Positions 42,647-53,432 of a stretch of DNA of 64,000 nt are shown here, piece by piece; positions within the stretch are counted from its first letter, which is position 1; every line of letters starts with the position of its first letter. The stretch covers positions 4,418 through 68,417 of the forward strand of contig JAJDHA010000003.1 of the NCBI GenBank assembly GCA_030265965.1, given 5' to 3'. The notes beneath the pieces are model-generated. The model searched no databases, had not been told where the DNA came from, and saw only the letters and a program-made list of their open reading frames with translations. This DNA comes from Odoribacter sp. OttesenSCG-928-L07 (lineage in GTDB: Bacteria; Bacteroidota; Bacteroidia; Bacteroidales; BM520). Both the position numbers and the translations under genes were made by a program.

Positions 42647-45600
42647 TTATTTGTTAGCTTCTTGGCTCATAATAGCTTCGTCTTTCTTAGAAACTTTACC
42701 GAGTTTAGAAACATCATCGCGTCTTCTGGTGAAATCATAAACCAATCCGGAACTTAAACAAACAGAAGAATAAGTACCAACTGTAATACCAACCAACAAT
42801 GCGAATGCCATACCTCTAATACTTTCACCACCAAGAATGAAAATAGCTAATAAAACTATAATCGTAGTGAAAGAAGTCATCACAGAACGAGCTAATGTGC
42901 TATTAACACCAGAGTTAAGGTTTTCTTTGAAAGAACGTTTCGGATAAAGTCCGATATTTTCTCTATCACGGTCGAAGATAACAACGCAAGCATTGATAGA
43001 ATAACCGATAATTGTTAAGATAGCCGCAATAAACGTTTGGTCGATATCCAAGTTGAAAGGTAATATTCCAAAGAATAGCGAGTAACATGAAATTGTGATA
43101 AAAGCATCGTGCGCTAATGAAAGTACGCCACTTAATGCAAATTGCCAACGGCGGAATCTTAGAACGATATAAAGGAAAATACCCAACAATGCAATAGCTA
43201 CAGCCCAAATAGATTTAACTGTCATGTCTTTAGCAATTGTAGGACCAACCTTTGTTACAGTTAATATACCCATATATTTTTCTGAACCTTCGGTTGCGAA
43301 ATCTTCATAAGAAATTTCAGAAGTGAAGAATGGTTTCAAGTCATCATATAAAATTCTTGTAATTTCATCTTCAACAGCTGCGTCAGAGTTATTTACTTTA
43401 TATTTTGTGGTAATTTTCACCTGTTTATTTGGTCCGAAGGTTTTAACCTCAGGAGTTGATTCAAGGTCATCGCTTAATGCATTGGCAATATCAACAGTAT
43501 TCACATCTTGGTCGAAACGAACAACATAAGATCTACCGCCGGCGAAATCAATACCGAATGATAATCCTCTTGTTGCTAAAGAAACGCCACCAATAATCAT
43601 CAATATTAATGTAATGATGTAGAAGATCTTTCTTTTACCGATAAAATCAAAATTAACATTAGTGAACCAGTTAGTATTGAATTTACGAGAAAGTTTAATG
43701 TCTCTCTTTTTACTTAAAGCTCTGTTATAAATAAGTCTTGTGATAAATATTGATGTAAACAATGAGCATAAGATACCGATAATAAGAGTAGTTGCGAAAC
43801 CTTTAACAGGGCCAGTTCCGAGATAGAAAAGAACGATAGCAGTGATTAAAGTGGTAATGTTACCATCTATAATAGCTGAATATGCATTTTTATAACCATC
43901 GTCAATTGCGAGTTTGATGCCTTTTCCGGCTTTAAGTTCCTCCTTAATACGCTCGTAGATAATTACGTTGGCATCCACTGCCATACCAATTGTTAGAACG
44001 ATACCCGCAATACCAGGCAAAGTAAGTACCGCGCCAATAGATGCGAGGATACCTATTATAAAGAATACGTTACATAAAAGAGCAACGTTTGCAATCCATC
44101 CTGATTTGTTGTAGTAAATAGCCATGGTTAACATAACCAAAATTAAAGCTACAGCAAAAGATATCATACCCCATTTAATAGAATGTTGACCGAGTGATGG
44201 ACCAACGATTTCTTCTTGGATGATTCTTGCAGGAGCAGGTAATTTACCGGCTTTTAAGACGGTAGCAATATCTTGAGCTTCTTCAACTGTCATGCCGCCA
44301 CCTGAAATAGATGAACGACCGCCGGCGATTTCACCACGAACTACAGGGTAGGTATAAACGTAACCATCGAGAACAACAGCAACTTGTCTGCCAATATTTT
44401 GAGCAGTAAGATTTTTCCATAAACGAGCGCCCGGCTCCGGAGTCATAATCATTGTAACTTCTACTTGTCCGTATTGATCATAATCTTGACGAGCATCGGC
44501 GATAATTTCACCTGTTAATGGAGCTTTTCCATCTCTGCTGGTAACCTTTAATGCAACCAATTGCAACATATTTGGTGTTGATGGCTCAGGTTTGTTTGTC
44601 CATGCCAACTTAATATCTCTTGGAAGGTCAACTTTTCTTAGTAAAGAATTAACAGTTGCAGTATCTTTAATGAAAGCGCTACCAATAGCAGCATTTTCAG
44701 AAGGATATTGACGTCCGTCTTCACCGGTATAGAATGCCGGCATTAAATATCTGAATAATGGATTTTGACTTTCCCATTCTGCTAATGATTGGTCATTATC
44801 TTCTTCGGTAGTGATTTCCTCAGTGATTGCACTTTCCAACTCAGTTTTTTCTTGTCCGTCAGGAGTGATTGTTTCTTCAATTACAACCTCTTCTTCTATT
44901 GTGATAGGTTCTTTTTCTGGAGTTTCTGAAGGTTTGTTAGCGCTTTCAATTAATGCTAACTTGTTGTTTGCATCAATAAAAACAGGATAAATTTCAGAGA
45001 ATTTATGAGTTTCCCAGAACTCCAAACTTGCTGTACCTTGTAAAAGTTTTCTAACACGAGCCGCATCTTTAACACCAGGTAGTTCGATAGAAATTCTACC
45101 TGTTCCGGGAATGCTTTGGATATTTGGTTGCGCAACACCGAATTTGTCAATACGAGTACGTAAGATTCTGTATGATCTGTCAATAGCATCTTTCGTTTCA
45201 ACTTCTAAAACTCTATAAACTTCAGCATTTGTTGATGTAGTGGTTATTCCTTTATCTTTAAACTCATAAGCAAAAATCCCTGCTAATTGTGCAGAAGGAT
45301 CTACTTCTTGATAAGCTTCATAGAATAATTGTAAATAACCTAATTGACTGTTTTCTTGACGTTGATTTGCTAATTCTATAGCTTTTCTGAAAGTAGGGTC
45401 CATAGAGTTATGTGATAAAGCTTCAATAACATCTACAACAGCTACTTCCATCATTACATTCATACCGCCCTTAAGGTCAAGACCAAGATTTAATTCCCTG
45501 CTTTTACATTCGGCATAAGTGTATTTTTTAACTAAAATGTTATAAACCGGAACTGTGGAAATTGAATCTATATAATACTCTTTCTTAACTGTATGTAAAG

Positions 45601-45793
45601 AATCTAATGTTTTTGCATCTTGTAATTCGTTTCCGGATTTCAATTTGTCATATTCTTTCATCACATACTCACTCTTTGAGTATTTCTCAGCCTTGTTCTC
45701 AACTACTCTTGTAACAACAGTAAAAGATAATTGAAAAAGGCATACCAACGCGAGTAAAATCGCAAAAAATTTAATTGCACCCTTGATTTGCAT
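42647..45793 (-). CDS. secDF: Protein translocase subunit SecDF (fused)
   Basis: 1048 aa. Two 6-TM modules with large periplasmic domains, the typical Bacteroidota fusion. Confidence 0.92.
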   Translation of the reverse strand: MQIKGAIKFFAILLALVCLFQLSFTVVTRVVENKAEKYSKSEYVMKEYDKLKSGNELQDAKTLDSLHTVKKEYYIDSISTVPVYNILVKKYTYAECKSRELNLGLDLKGGMNVMMEVAVVDVIEALSHNSMDPTFRKAIELANQRQENSQLGYLQLFYEAYQEVDPSAQLAGIFAYEFKDKGITTTSTNAEVYRVLEVETKDAIDRSYRILRTRIDKFGVAQPNIQSIPGTGRISIELPGVKDAARVRKLLQGTASLEFWETHKFSEIYPVFIDANNKLALIESANKPSETPEKEPITIEEEVVIEETITPDGQEKTELESAITEEITTEEDNDQSLAEWESQNPLFRYLMPAFYTGEDGRQYPSENAAIGSAFIKDTATVNSLLRKVDLPRDIKLAWTNKPEPSTPNMLQLVALKVTSRDGKAPLTGEIIADARQDYDQYGQVEVTMIMTPEPGARLWKNLTAQNIGRQVAVVLDGYVYTYPVVRGEIAGGRSSISGGGMTVEEAQDIATVLKAGKLPAPARIIQEEIVGPSLGQHSIKWGMISFAVALILVMLTMAIYYNKSGWIANVALLCNVFFIIGILASIGAVLTLPGIAGIVLTIGMAVDANVIIYERIKEELKAGKGIKLAIDDGYKNAYSAIIDGNITTLITAIVLFYLGTGPVKGFATTLIIGILCSLFTSIFITRLIYNRALSKKRDIKLSRKFNTNWFTNVNFDFIGKRKIFYIITLILMIIGGVSLATRGLSFGIDFAGGRSYVVRFDQDVNTVDIANALSDDLESTPEVKTFGPNKQVKITTKYKVNNSDAAVEDEITRILYDDLKPFFTSEISYEDFATEGSEKYMGILTVTKVGPTIAKDMTVKSIWAVAIALLGIFLYIVLRFRRWQFALSGVLSLAHDAFITISCYSLFFGILPFNLDIDQTFIAAILTIIGYSINACVVIFDRDRENIGLYPKRSFKENLNSGVNSTLARSVMTSFTTIIVLLAIFILGGESIRGMAFALLVGITVGTYSSVCLSSGLVYDFTRRRDDVSKLGKVSKKDEAIMSQEANK

Positions 45794-45857
45794 CTTATTT
45801 AATTTTTTTAATTATTAATCTTTTAAATATTTAAAATAAGCTATATTTTTTAGCGTG

Positions 45858-45865
45858 CAAATATA
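45858..45865 (-). promoter_or_regulatory. -7 box TATATTTG (secDF)
   Basis: Reverse complement of CAAATATA, about 64 nt before the ATG. Confidence 0.45.
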
Positions 45866-45919
45866 CGACATCTTCCCAAATTAAGCAAAATTTATTTTCT
45901 TTTGTTGTCAATAATTTTT

Positions 45920-45927
45920 TAACTTTG
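45920..45927 (+). promoter_or_regulatory. -7 box TAACTTTG (FG-GAP/T9SS protein)
   Basis: 43 nt before ATG 45971. Confidence 0.5.
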
Positions 45928-45970
45928 CATAATTCATTTCTTGTCGAATTGTTTTTTAATAATCTTTTTT

Positions 45971-48178
45971 ATGATGTTGAAAAAAATAATCTTTGTTTTT
46001 TGCTTTGCCTTGATGTTGCAATATTCTTATAGTCAAAATGATATATATTTTGGTTTTGATTTCGATGACTCTTGTGTTGTGTATGATGAACAGAATAATC
46101 CTCTCGAATATGCTTGGGCTGGAGGAGTGACTTCGGCACAATTTTGTGAAATAGATTTGAACCAAGATGGAATTTTAGATTTAATTTTATTCGATAGAAT
46201 TAGTAATAGATTACTCTTTTTCGTCACAAATTATGAAAAAGATGAACTGAAATATGTTTTTTCCCCACAATATTTTAAATATTTTCCGGAAATAAATAAT
46301 TGGATTATTTGTAAAGATTATGATAATGACGGTAAGAATGATATTTTTACTTATACTCGAGGCGGAATTAAGGTTTATAAAAATGTTTCTTTTGACAAAC
46401 AATTGAAATTTAAACAAGTGACAGATACCTTCCTTAAATCATATTATAATGAAATATATAGCAATATCTTAGCAACAAATGTTGATTACCCTGCAATTGA
46501 AGATGTTGATGGAGATGGCGATCTCGATATTCTTGTCTTCGGTGGATTAGGCGCTTATGTCGAATATCATAAAAATCATTCAATGGAAAAATACGGCAGA
46601 CCGGATTCATTGCTTTTTTATAAAGAATCAAATTGCTGGGGAAAATTTGCTGAAAGCGAAGAGTCTAATATTATTACACTTAATACCTGTCCGGAAGAAT
46701 CGACCTCAATAATTGATCATTCCAAAGATCCAAAACATACCGGCTCAACTTTCTTGCTTTTTGATGCAGATGGCGACGGACTTCTCGACTTGCTTCTGGG
46801 TGATGTCGATTATTCATCTCCTTGTCTCCTATATAATAAAGGTACTTCTGATGAAGCATTAATTACTGATTACACTTTTTCTTATCCCGAAAATTCCCCG
46901 ATTAATTTATTTTCATTTCCAGTGATGAATTATATTGATGTTGATAAAGATGGAAAAAAAGAATTAATAGTTTCTCCTTTTGATCCATCATATTATAAAA
47001 TAGAAAATACAAATTCTGTTTGGTTGTATAAAAATAATGGAAGCGTTGATGCTCCGAATTTTATTCTGGAAAATAAATCTTTTATGCAAGATAAAATGAT
47101 TAATGTCGGAACCGGCGCTTATCCTGTGCTTTTCGATTATGATAATGACGGCGACCTTGATTTGTTTGTTGGAAATTGGGGATATTGTAATGAATGTTCA
47201 CACGATGAATATATGAATTTATCATGTAAATATACTTCCAAAATTGCTTTCTTTGAGAATATCGGAAATAATCTGGAACCCAAATTTATTTTAAGAACTG
47301 ACGACTTTGCTTCGCTGTCGGAATATAATCTACTTGGACTTTATCCTGCTTTCATAGATTTCGATAATGATGGCGACTACGATCTTGCTTGTGGAAATTC
47401 TTTGGGAACAGTAATGCTATTTGAAAATATTGGAAAAGACAATTTCGAACTTTTAAACCCCAATTGGCTTGGAAAATGTAATCCCGAAATAACATATTCT
47501 ACACCATGTCTTTATGATTTCAATAAAGATAAACACCTTGATTTAGTTGTTGGATGTGAAAAAGGAATTGTTTATTATTTTGAAAATAACGGAGATAATT
47601 CTTTTACAAAAAAATCAGATTTCTTTGGTGAAATAGATGTTCGCGATTACAATGCCTCTTGGTCGGGATATAGTGTTCCTTGCGTATATAATTTCAATGA
47701 TACAACATATATTTTTGTTGGATCAGAAAGCGGACAAGTATTTTGTTATTACGATATTGATGATAACTTGTATGGAACTTTTAAAGAAAAAGTTTTAAAT
47801 CAAAAAAACATGGGATATCGTTCAGCACCTGCAATAGCTAATCTTAATGATAATGATTTTCCAGAAATGATTGTTGGAAATTTATCAGGAGGATTACAAT
47901 TTTTTATCGGTGTAGAACCTTCAGCTGAAAGTATAGAAAATCATCAAACAAATAATATTAAGATATATCCTAATCCCGGAAATGATTTTATTATTATAGA
48001 TGCGGAAAAAGATTACTCCTTGAAAATCTATGATTTACTTGGAAAACTATTGTGCACAGAAAAGATTTCAATTGGAATAAATACAATCAGTGCAGAAAAA
48101 TTACCGACAAATTCTGTTTATGTTTTGAAATTCACTAACAAAAACAGTATGTATTCTTTTAAATGGATAAAAAAATAA
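45971..48178 (+). CDS. FG-GAP/VCBS repeat protein with T9SS C-terminal sorting domain
   Basis: Signal peptide MMLKKIIFVFCFALMLQYSYSQ. Repeated DxDGDGDLD and DYDNDG(K/D) calcium-loop motifs. C-terminal IKIYPNPGNDFIIID...YVLKF is typical of a T9SS CTD. Confidence 0.75.
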   Translation: MMLKKIIFVFCFALMLQYSYSQNDIYFGFDFDDSCVVYDEQNNPLEYAWAGGVTSAQFCEIDLNQDGILDLILFDRISNRLLFFVTNYEKDELKYVFSPQYFKYFPEINNWIICKDYDNDGKNDIFTYTRGGIKVYKNVSFDKQLKFKQVTDTFLKSYYNEIYSNILATNVDYPAIEDVDGDGDLDILVFGGLGAYVEYHKNHSMEKYGRPDSLLFYKESNCWGKFAESEESNIITLNTCPEESTSIIDHSKDPKHTGSTFLLFDADGDGLLDLLLGDVDYSSPCLLYNKGTSDEALITDYTFSYPENSPINLFSFPVMNYIDVDKDGKKELIVSPFDPSYYKIENTNSVWLYKNNGSVDAPNFILENKSFMQDKMINVGTGAYPVLFDYDNDGDLDLFVGNWGYCNECSHDEYMNLSCKYTSKIAFFENIGNNLEPKFILRTDDFASLSEYNLLGLYPAFIDFDNDGDYDLACGNSLGTVMLFENIGKDNFELLNPNWLGKCNPEITYSTPCLYDFNKDKHLDLVVGCEKGIVYYFENNGDNSFTKKSDFFGEIDVRDYNASWSGYSVPCVYNFNDTTYIFVGSESGQVFCYYDIDDNLYGTFKEKVLNQKNMGYRSAPAIANLNDNDFPEMIVGNLSGGLQFFIGVEPSAESIENHQTNNIKIYPNPGNDFIIIDAEKDYSLKIYDLLGKLLCTEKISIGINTISAEKLPTNSVYVLKFTNKNSMYSFKWIKK

Positions 48179-48217
48179 TAGTCAACCTTGAACTTTCCAA
48201 CCTTGAACCTTAAACAA

Positions 48218-48868
48218 TTAATCAAACACAAATTCAATAATATTCGCCCCCATCTTTAACGCTTCTAAGTGTGCTTCTTCAGTGTCGTTGTGAACAGCAG
48301 GATGTTCCCAGCCATCACCTAAGTCGCACTCGTAAGTGTAAAAACAAACCAACCTTCCTTCCCAAAACAATCCGAATCCTTGTGGCGGATTATCATCGTG
48401 CTCATGGATTTTTGGTAATCCGTTCGGATAATCAAATGTTTGGTGATAAATAGGGTGGGAAAAAGGCAGTTCAATGAAATCTAATTCAGGAAATACCTTC
48501 TTCATTTGTGGTCTGATATATTGATCAATTCCGTAATTGTCGTCAATATGTAGAAAGCCGCCGGCAATTAAATAAGTTCGAAGATTCTTTACGTCATTTT
48601 CAGTAAAAACGATATTTCCGTGACCGGTAATATGAACAAACGGGTAATTGAAAAGGTCAGCGCTGCCAACATCAACGGTTGCAGGCTCAGGATGAATGTT
48701 TGTGCCGATGTTTTCGTTGCAAAACTTAATAAGATTCGGCAATGATGTCGGATTTGAATACCAATCTCCGCCGCCGGAATATTTTACCAGCGCAATCTTT
48801 ACATTTCCTTGACAAAAAACATTAGTCGATAGTAAAATTAATACTATTAATATATGGATTTTTTTCAT
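48218..48868 (-). CDS. DUF4159-like secreted protein
   Basis: 216 aa. Signal peptide. KYSGGGDWYSNPTSLPNL is typical of DUF4159. Confidence 0.65.
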   Translation of the reverse strand: MKKIHILIVLILLSTNVFCQGNVKIALVKYSGGGDWYSNPTSLPNLIKFCNENIGTNIHPEPATVDVGSADLFNYPFVHITGHGNIVFTENDVKNLRTYLIAGGFLHIDDNYGIDQYIRPQMKKVFPELDFIELPFSHPIYHQTFDYPNGLPKIHEHDDNPPQGFGLFWEGRLVCFYTYECDLGDGWEHPAVHNDTEEAHLEALKMGANIIEFVFD

Positions 48869-48872
48869 TTCT

Positions 48873-49574
48873 TTACTTTTGATTTTTTATTGAAGTAGTA
48901 ACACATGCAACTACCGCAGCGGTCTCGACTCTCAAAATACTATTACCTAAACTTACCGGTTTGAATGCAGAATTTATTGCAGTTTCAACTTCTGATTTTG
49001 AAAAATCGCCTTCCGGTCCGATTAATATCAAATTATATCCTTCCTTTACTTCATTAAAATAAAACGATTTATTTTCGTCGTAACAATGGGCGATACATAA
49101 ATTTCCTTCAAATTTATTTTTCATTAACTCGTTAAAGGTTTGCTGTTCATTAATTTTCGGAAGATTAATATTTCCGGATTGTTTCATCGCAGAGACTGCA
49201 ATGTTTGTTAATCGTTCATTTTTAATAACTTTTCTTTCAGAATGTTCACAGATTATTGGTGAAATTTCATCAATTCCGATTTCAACACATTTTTCGACAA
49301 TCCATTCAAATCTGTCCATCATTTTAGTAGGTGCAACTGCCAAATGAAAGTAATAATCACGTCCTGTTGGTTTTACTTCAAAAGACAACGCATTAACAGA
49401 AACATTCTTTTTTACAATTTCAACAATCTCGGCATTAAATAATTTACCTTTGCCGTCGGTAATCTTAATAATATCCCCAACGTTTTTACGTAACACCTTG
49501 ATTATATGCCTCGACTCATCTTCAGTCAAAGAATAATAACCCTGTTTAATATTTGGTTGATAAAATATCTCCAT
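48873..49574 (-). CDS. rsmE: 16S rRNA (uracil1498-N3)-methyltransferase
   Basis: 233 aa. PUA-like N-terminus, LIGPEGDFS and LGNSILRVETAAV. Confidence 0.88.
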   Translation of the reverse strand: MEIFYQPNIKQGYYSLTEDESRHIIKVLRKNVGDIIKITDGKGKLFNAEIVEIVKKNVSVNALSFEVKPTGRDYYFHLAVAPTKMMDRFEWIVEKCVEIGIDEISPIICEHSERKVIKNERLTNIAVSAMKQSGNINLPKINEQQTFNELMKNKFEGNLCIAHCYDENKSFYFNEVKEGYNLILIGPEGDFSKSEVETAINSAFKPVSLGNSILRVETAAVVACVTTSIKNQK

Positions 49575-49591
49575 TGTTTTTGAATAATTTG

Positions 49592-49599
49592 CAAAAGTA
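49592..49599 (-). promoter_or_regulatory. -7 box TACTTTTG (rsmE)
   Basis: Reverse complement of CAAAAGTA, 17 nt before ATG 49574. Back to back with the recQ cassette. Confidence 0.5.
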
Positions 49600-49605
49600 A
49601 TAAAT

Positions 49606-49648
49606 TTTCAACTTTCAACTCTCAACTCTCAACTATTTGTTATCTTTG
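49606..49648 (+). promoter_or_regulatory. Heptad promoter cassette driving recQ
   Basis: TTTCAACTTTCAACTCTCAACTCTCAACTATTTGTTATCTTTG, ATG 17 nt downstream. Confidence 0.65.
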
Positions 49649-49665
49649 TGATTGTATTTATTTCT

Positions 49666-51585
49666 ATGAAACAAACGGAAGACATACATAAAATTTTGCT
49701 GAAATATTGGGGTTACTCGAATTTTCGACCCTTGCAAGAGGATATTGTAAAATCAATATTAGAAGGTAAAGATACTCTCGCATTACTTCCTACTGGTGGT
49801 GGAAAATCAATTTGCTTTCAAGTGCCCGCAATGGCTTCGGAAGGATTGTGCCTTGTTGTGTCTCCATTAATTTCATTGATGAAAGATCAAGTCGAGAATC
49901 TTAAAAAAAGAGGAATCAAAGCAGATGCAATCTATTCAGGAATGTCTGCTTTACAGCAAGATATCGTGTTAAATAATGCTGTCTATAATAACACAAAATT
50001 TCTTTATGTTTCGCCGGAACGATTAAAAACGGATTTAATATTACTCAATATTCAGAAACTTAATATCTCGCTCATCGCTGTTGATGAAGCGCACTGTATC
50101 TCTCAGTGGGGTTACGATTTTCGTCCTCAATATCTAAATATTGCTGATATCAGAGAGTATCTCCCTGATGTTCCGGTGTTAGCTTTAACGGCAACTGCAA
50201 CAAAAGATGTGGTCGAAGATATACAAGATAAATTATTGTTTAAAGAGAAAAATGTTTTTAAAAAATCATTTGAAAGAAAAAATATTTCGTATTTAGTTTA
50301 TAGAGAGGATAATAAACTCGGCAGGCTTTTGAGAATTTGTAAAAATACTCCCGGAACAGGAATTGTTTATATGCGAAATAGACGCGGTACATACGAAATT
50401 GCTAAGTATTTAGTTGATAATGGAATTTCTGCCGATTATTACCATGCGGGCTTGGATAATCATACAAGGGAAGTCAAACAAAATGCATGGAAAAATAATA
50501 AAACCAAAGTAATTGTTGCTACAAACGCTTTTGGAATGGGAATAGATAAACCTGATGTTAGATTTGTTGTTCATCTTGATATTCCCGACAACTTAGAAAG
50601 TTATTTTCAGGAAGCAGGAAGAGGAGGCAGAGACGAAAAAGCAGCGTATGCTGTTCTATTATTTGATGAAAATGATATTGAAAATCTTAAAGAGAAGTTT
50701 GAAAATAATTATCCCGATATTAAAACAATAAAACAGATTTACAATAATCTATGTAACTATTTTAAAATTGTTATTGGCACGGGCGCCGGACATCATTTTG
50801 ATTTTGATGCTTCAAAATTTGCTGAAACTTATAATTTATCGCCAATAATTGTTTTTAATACAATAAAAATATTGGATAGCCAGGGATTGATATCTGTCTC
50901 AGATGATTTTAATGTCCATGCAAAATTAATTTTTAAGGTAAATAGGGATGAATTATATGATTTTCAATTGAGGTATTCAAATCTTAATCCGGTGATTCAG
51001 ACAATTTTAAGAACTTATGAAGGCACCTTCTCAAATTACATAAATATTGATGAGGAAAAAATTGCGAAGAAACTTAATACAACCAAAGATAATATTGTAA
51101 ATACATTATTTTATTTAAATAAAATGAATGTTGTTGATTATGTTCCAATTCCAACGATGCCGCAAATGGTTTTTCTAAATAACAGAGTACATGATTCAAA
51201 TATCTTCTCTGATATTGAAAGTTATATTTTGCGAAAAAATATTGCAGAAAAGAAGATGAATTTTGCAATAGCTTTTGTTACAAATACGAGTAAATGTAGA
51301 AGTATGATGCTTTTGCATTACTTCGATGAAGAAAATAATAATCGTTGTGGAAATTGTGACTATTGTCGAGAAAGAAATAAATTGAAATTAAGTAATTACG
51401 ATTTCGACCAAATTCTTGAAAGTATCAAACCTAAATTAAAAGAGGGGGCATTAAGCATGGAGGAAATTTATTCCTTAATTCCAAATATTGACCAAGAAAA
51501 GATTGTTCGTCAAATTAGTTGGTTGATTGATAATGATAAAATTAAAAAAGTTGACGAAGACAAATATACTTGGTATGATAAATAA
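49666..51585 (+). CDS. recQ: RecQ family ATP-dependent DNA helicase
   Basis: FRPLQEDIV, PTGGGKS and DEAHCISQWGYDFRPQY. Start moved to ATG 49666, 17 nt after the cassette -7 box. Confidence 0.9.
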   Translation: MKQTEDIHKILLKYWGYSNFRPLQEDIVKSILEGKDTLALLPTGGGKSICFQVPAMASEGLCLVVSPLISLMKDQVENLKKRGIKADAIYSGMSALQQDIVLNNAVYNNTKFLYVSPERLKTDLILLNIQKLNISLIAVDEAHCISQWGYDFRPQYLNIADIREYLPDVPVLALTATATKDVVEDIQDKLLFKEKNVFKKSFERKNISYLVYREDNKLGRLLRICKNTPGTGIVYMRNRRGTYEIAKYLVDNGISADYYHAGLDNHTREVKQNAWKNNKTKVIVATNAFGMGIDKPDVRFVVHLDIPDNLESYFQEAGRGGRDEKAAYAVLLFDENDIENLKEKFENNYPDIKTIKQIYNNLCNYFKIVIGTGAGHHFDFDASKFAETYNLSPIIVFNTIKILDSQGLISVSDDFNVHAKLIFKVNRDELYDFQLRYSNLNPVIQTILRTYEGTFSNYINIDEEKIAKKLNTTKDNIVNTLFYLNKMNVVDYVPIPTMPQMVFLNNRVHDSNIFSDIESYILRKNIAEKKMNFAIAFVTNTSKCRSMMLLHYFDEENNNRCGNCDYCRERNKLKLSNYDFDQILESIKPKLKEGALSMEEIYSLIPNIDQEKIVRQISWLIDNDKIKKVDEDKYTWYDK

Positions 51586-52533
51586 TCAACTAATTTTCGT
51601 TCCTCTGAGAAAATCTTCAATTTGCATCCTCTTTTTTCCTGCCAATTGCAAATCAGTAATGTAAATTACACCATTAGAAGCTTGTATTCCCAGAAATTTC
51701 TTTCCATCACTAATTATAGAACCTAATGGATTATTGTTTTCGTTAGGACAAATTTTATATTCCGAATGAAATATTTTTATTGACAATAATTCTCCTTTTG
51801 AATTTGTGATTTCTGTATATGCGGCGGGGATAGGAGATAAGCCGCGAATTTGATTGTAGATTTTTACAACATTATTATTCCAATCGATTTTGCAATCTTC
51901 CTTGTGTATTTTTGGTGCAGGATGAAGGATTCCGTCTTTGATTTCGATTTTAGATTGGTCAATAGCCTTATAATCATTTCCAATGAGCATATTAATAGTT
52001 GCAATTGCACATTCTGCGCCGAGAAACATTAGTTTATCATGAACCTCAAGGAAAGTATCTGTATTGGTAATCTCGACTTCCTTTTGTAATAGTATTTTGC
52101 CTGTATCAATTTGTTCGTCGAGTAAAAAAGTTGATATTCCGGTTTTTGTTTCACCATTCATAATCGCGTGATTAATTGGAGCTGCACCGCGATATTGTGG
52201 TAATAACGATGTATGAACATTGAACGTTCCAAGTTTCGGGATAGACCACACAGATTGTGGTAATTTTCTAAACGCGACAACAACAATGATATCCGGATTA
52301 AGTTCTTTAATTTTGCTGACAAAGCTTTCATCTGAAAGTTTTTCAGGTTGCAAAACAGGGATATTGTGTTCGAGTGCAAAAGTTTTAACAGGAGATGGTT
52401 GCAGTTTTAGTCCGCGACCGGCAGGTTTATCAGGAGTAGTTACAACAGAAGACACAAAAAACCCGGAACTAATGATTTGTTTTAGAGTTTCAACCGCGAA
52501 ATGCGGCGTACCCATAAATACAATATTAACCAT
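51586..52533 (-). CDS. fmt: Methionyl-tRNA formyltransferase
   Basis: 315 aa. HTSLLPQYRGAAPI motif. Confidence 0.92.
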   Translation of the reverse strand: MVNIVFMGTPHFAVETLKQIISSGFFVSSVVTTPDKPAGRGLKLQPSPVKTFALEHNIPVLQPEKLSDESFVSKIKELNPDIIVVVAFRKLPQSVWSIPKLGTFNVHTSLLPQYRGAAPINHAIMNGETKTGISTFLLDEQIDTGKILLQKEVEITNTDTFLEVHDKLMFLGAECAIATINMLIGNDYKAIDQSKIEIKDGILHPAPKIHKEDCKIDWNNNVVKIYNQIRGLSPIPAAYTEITNSKGELLSIKIFHSEYKICPNENNNPLGSIISDGKKFLGIQASNGVIYITDLQLAGKKRMQIEDFLRGTKIS

Positions 52534-52559
52534 TAGTTTCGGGTTTTGTTATAACTCGA

Positions 52560-53240
52560 TTAAATATTTTCAAGTCTTCCTACGCTTCTTCTAATCTCGT
52601 TTTTAAGATTAGTGTTAGGATAGTCTGCTAATATTTTTTTATAAGTATTTAAAGCTTCTTTATTATTTCCGCTTAATTCATAAGCAATACCAAGTTTTTT
52701 CAAATATTCCGGTGTAGTATTTTCATTTTTATGAATTTTAGCTGCTTCTTTATAATATTTTATAGCATTATTTAAATCGTTTAATTCCATATACGCGTCG
52801 CCTAAAGCAGCTTTAGACATTGCATAAACATAAAAATCTTTAGATTTGAATTTGCTTAAATATTTAATTGCATTTTCATAGTCGCCCATTCTAAGGTAAG
52901 AAACGCCAATGTAGTAATTAGCGAGCTTAGCTGCTTTTGTGCCTTTGTACTGCGATTGTATGTCTAAGAGTCCTAAATAGTTTCCGTCACCGTTTAGTGC
53001 CAATTCGAAATCGTCAGCAGCAAAATAGGATTGTGCTTTGTATATTTCTTCTTGGGCAGTAACTTTTCGTGGATTAAAATAATATCTTTGAATTGCGAAA
53101 ATTCCTAAGATAATTATAACTATTACTGTTAAAACAATTATTAATGTTTTTGAATTATTCTCAATAAATGCTTCTGATTTACTTAATGCAGAATTTACCG
53201 CACCAAATTTGTCTTCTGATTGTTTTTTATTTTTTGCCAT
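52560..53240 (-). CDS. Membrane-anchored tetratricopeptide repeat protein (YfgM-like)
   Basis: Start moved to ATG 53240 (MAKNKKQSEDKFG), 16 nt after a TACTTTTG box. One TM helix followed by TPR-like repeats. Confidence 0.7.
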   Translation of the reverse strand: MAKNKKQSEDKFGAVNSALSKSEAFIENNSKTLIIVLTVIVIIILGIFAIQRYYFNPRKVTAQEEIYKAQSYFAADDFELALNGDGNYLGLLDIQSQYKGTKAAKLANYYIGVSYLRMGDYENAIKYLSKFKSKDFYVYAMSKAALGDAYMELNDLNNAIKYYKEAAKIHKNENTTPEYLKKLGIAYELSGNNKEALNTYKKILADYPNTNLKNEIRRSVGRLENI

Positions 53241-53256
53241 CTCAAAAAAATTTTTG

Positions 53257-53264
53257 CAAAAGTA
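53257..53264 (-). promoter_or_regulatory. -7 box TACTTTTG (TPR protein / fmt)
   Basis: 16 nt before ATG 53240. Confidence 0.5.
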
Positions 53265-53398
53265 GAAATTTTTTTCCGTATTTAATAGTTTTTTTACGAA
53301 AAAATATATTAAACTAATTTTATTGCTTTTAAAATGATTTTTTATGTAAAAAAATAAAAAAATATTCAAAAAAACTTGCATAGTTCGAAAAATACTAA

Positions 53399-53406
53399 TA
53401 CTTTTG
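53399..53406 (+). promoter_or_regulatory. -7 box TACTTTTG (hup)
   Basis: 26 nt before ATG 53433. Confidence 0.5.
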
Positions 53407-53432
53407 AAGGTTGAATAATAAAATTATTGTAT

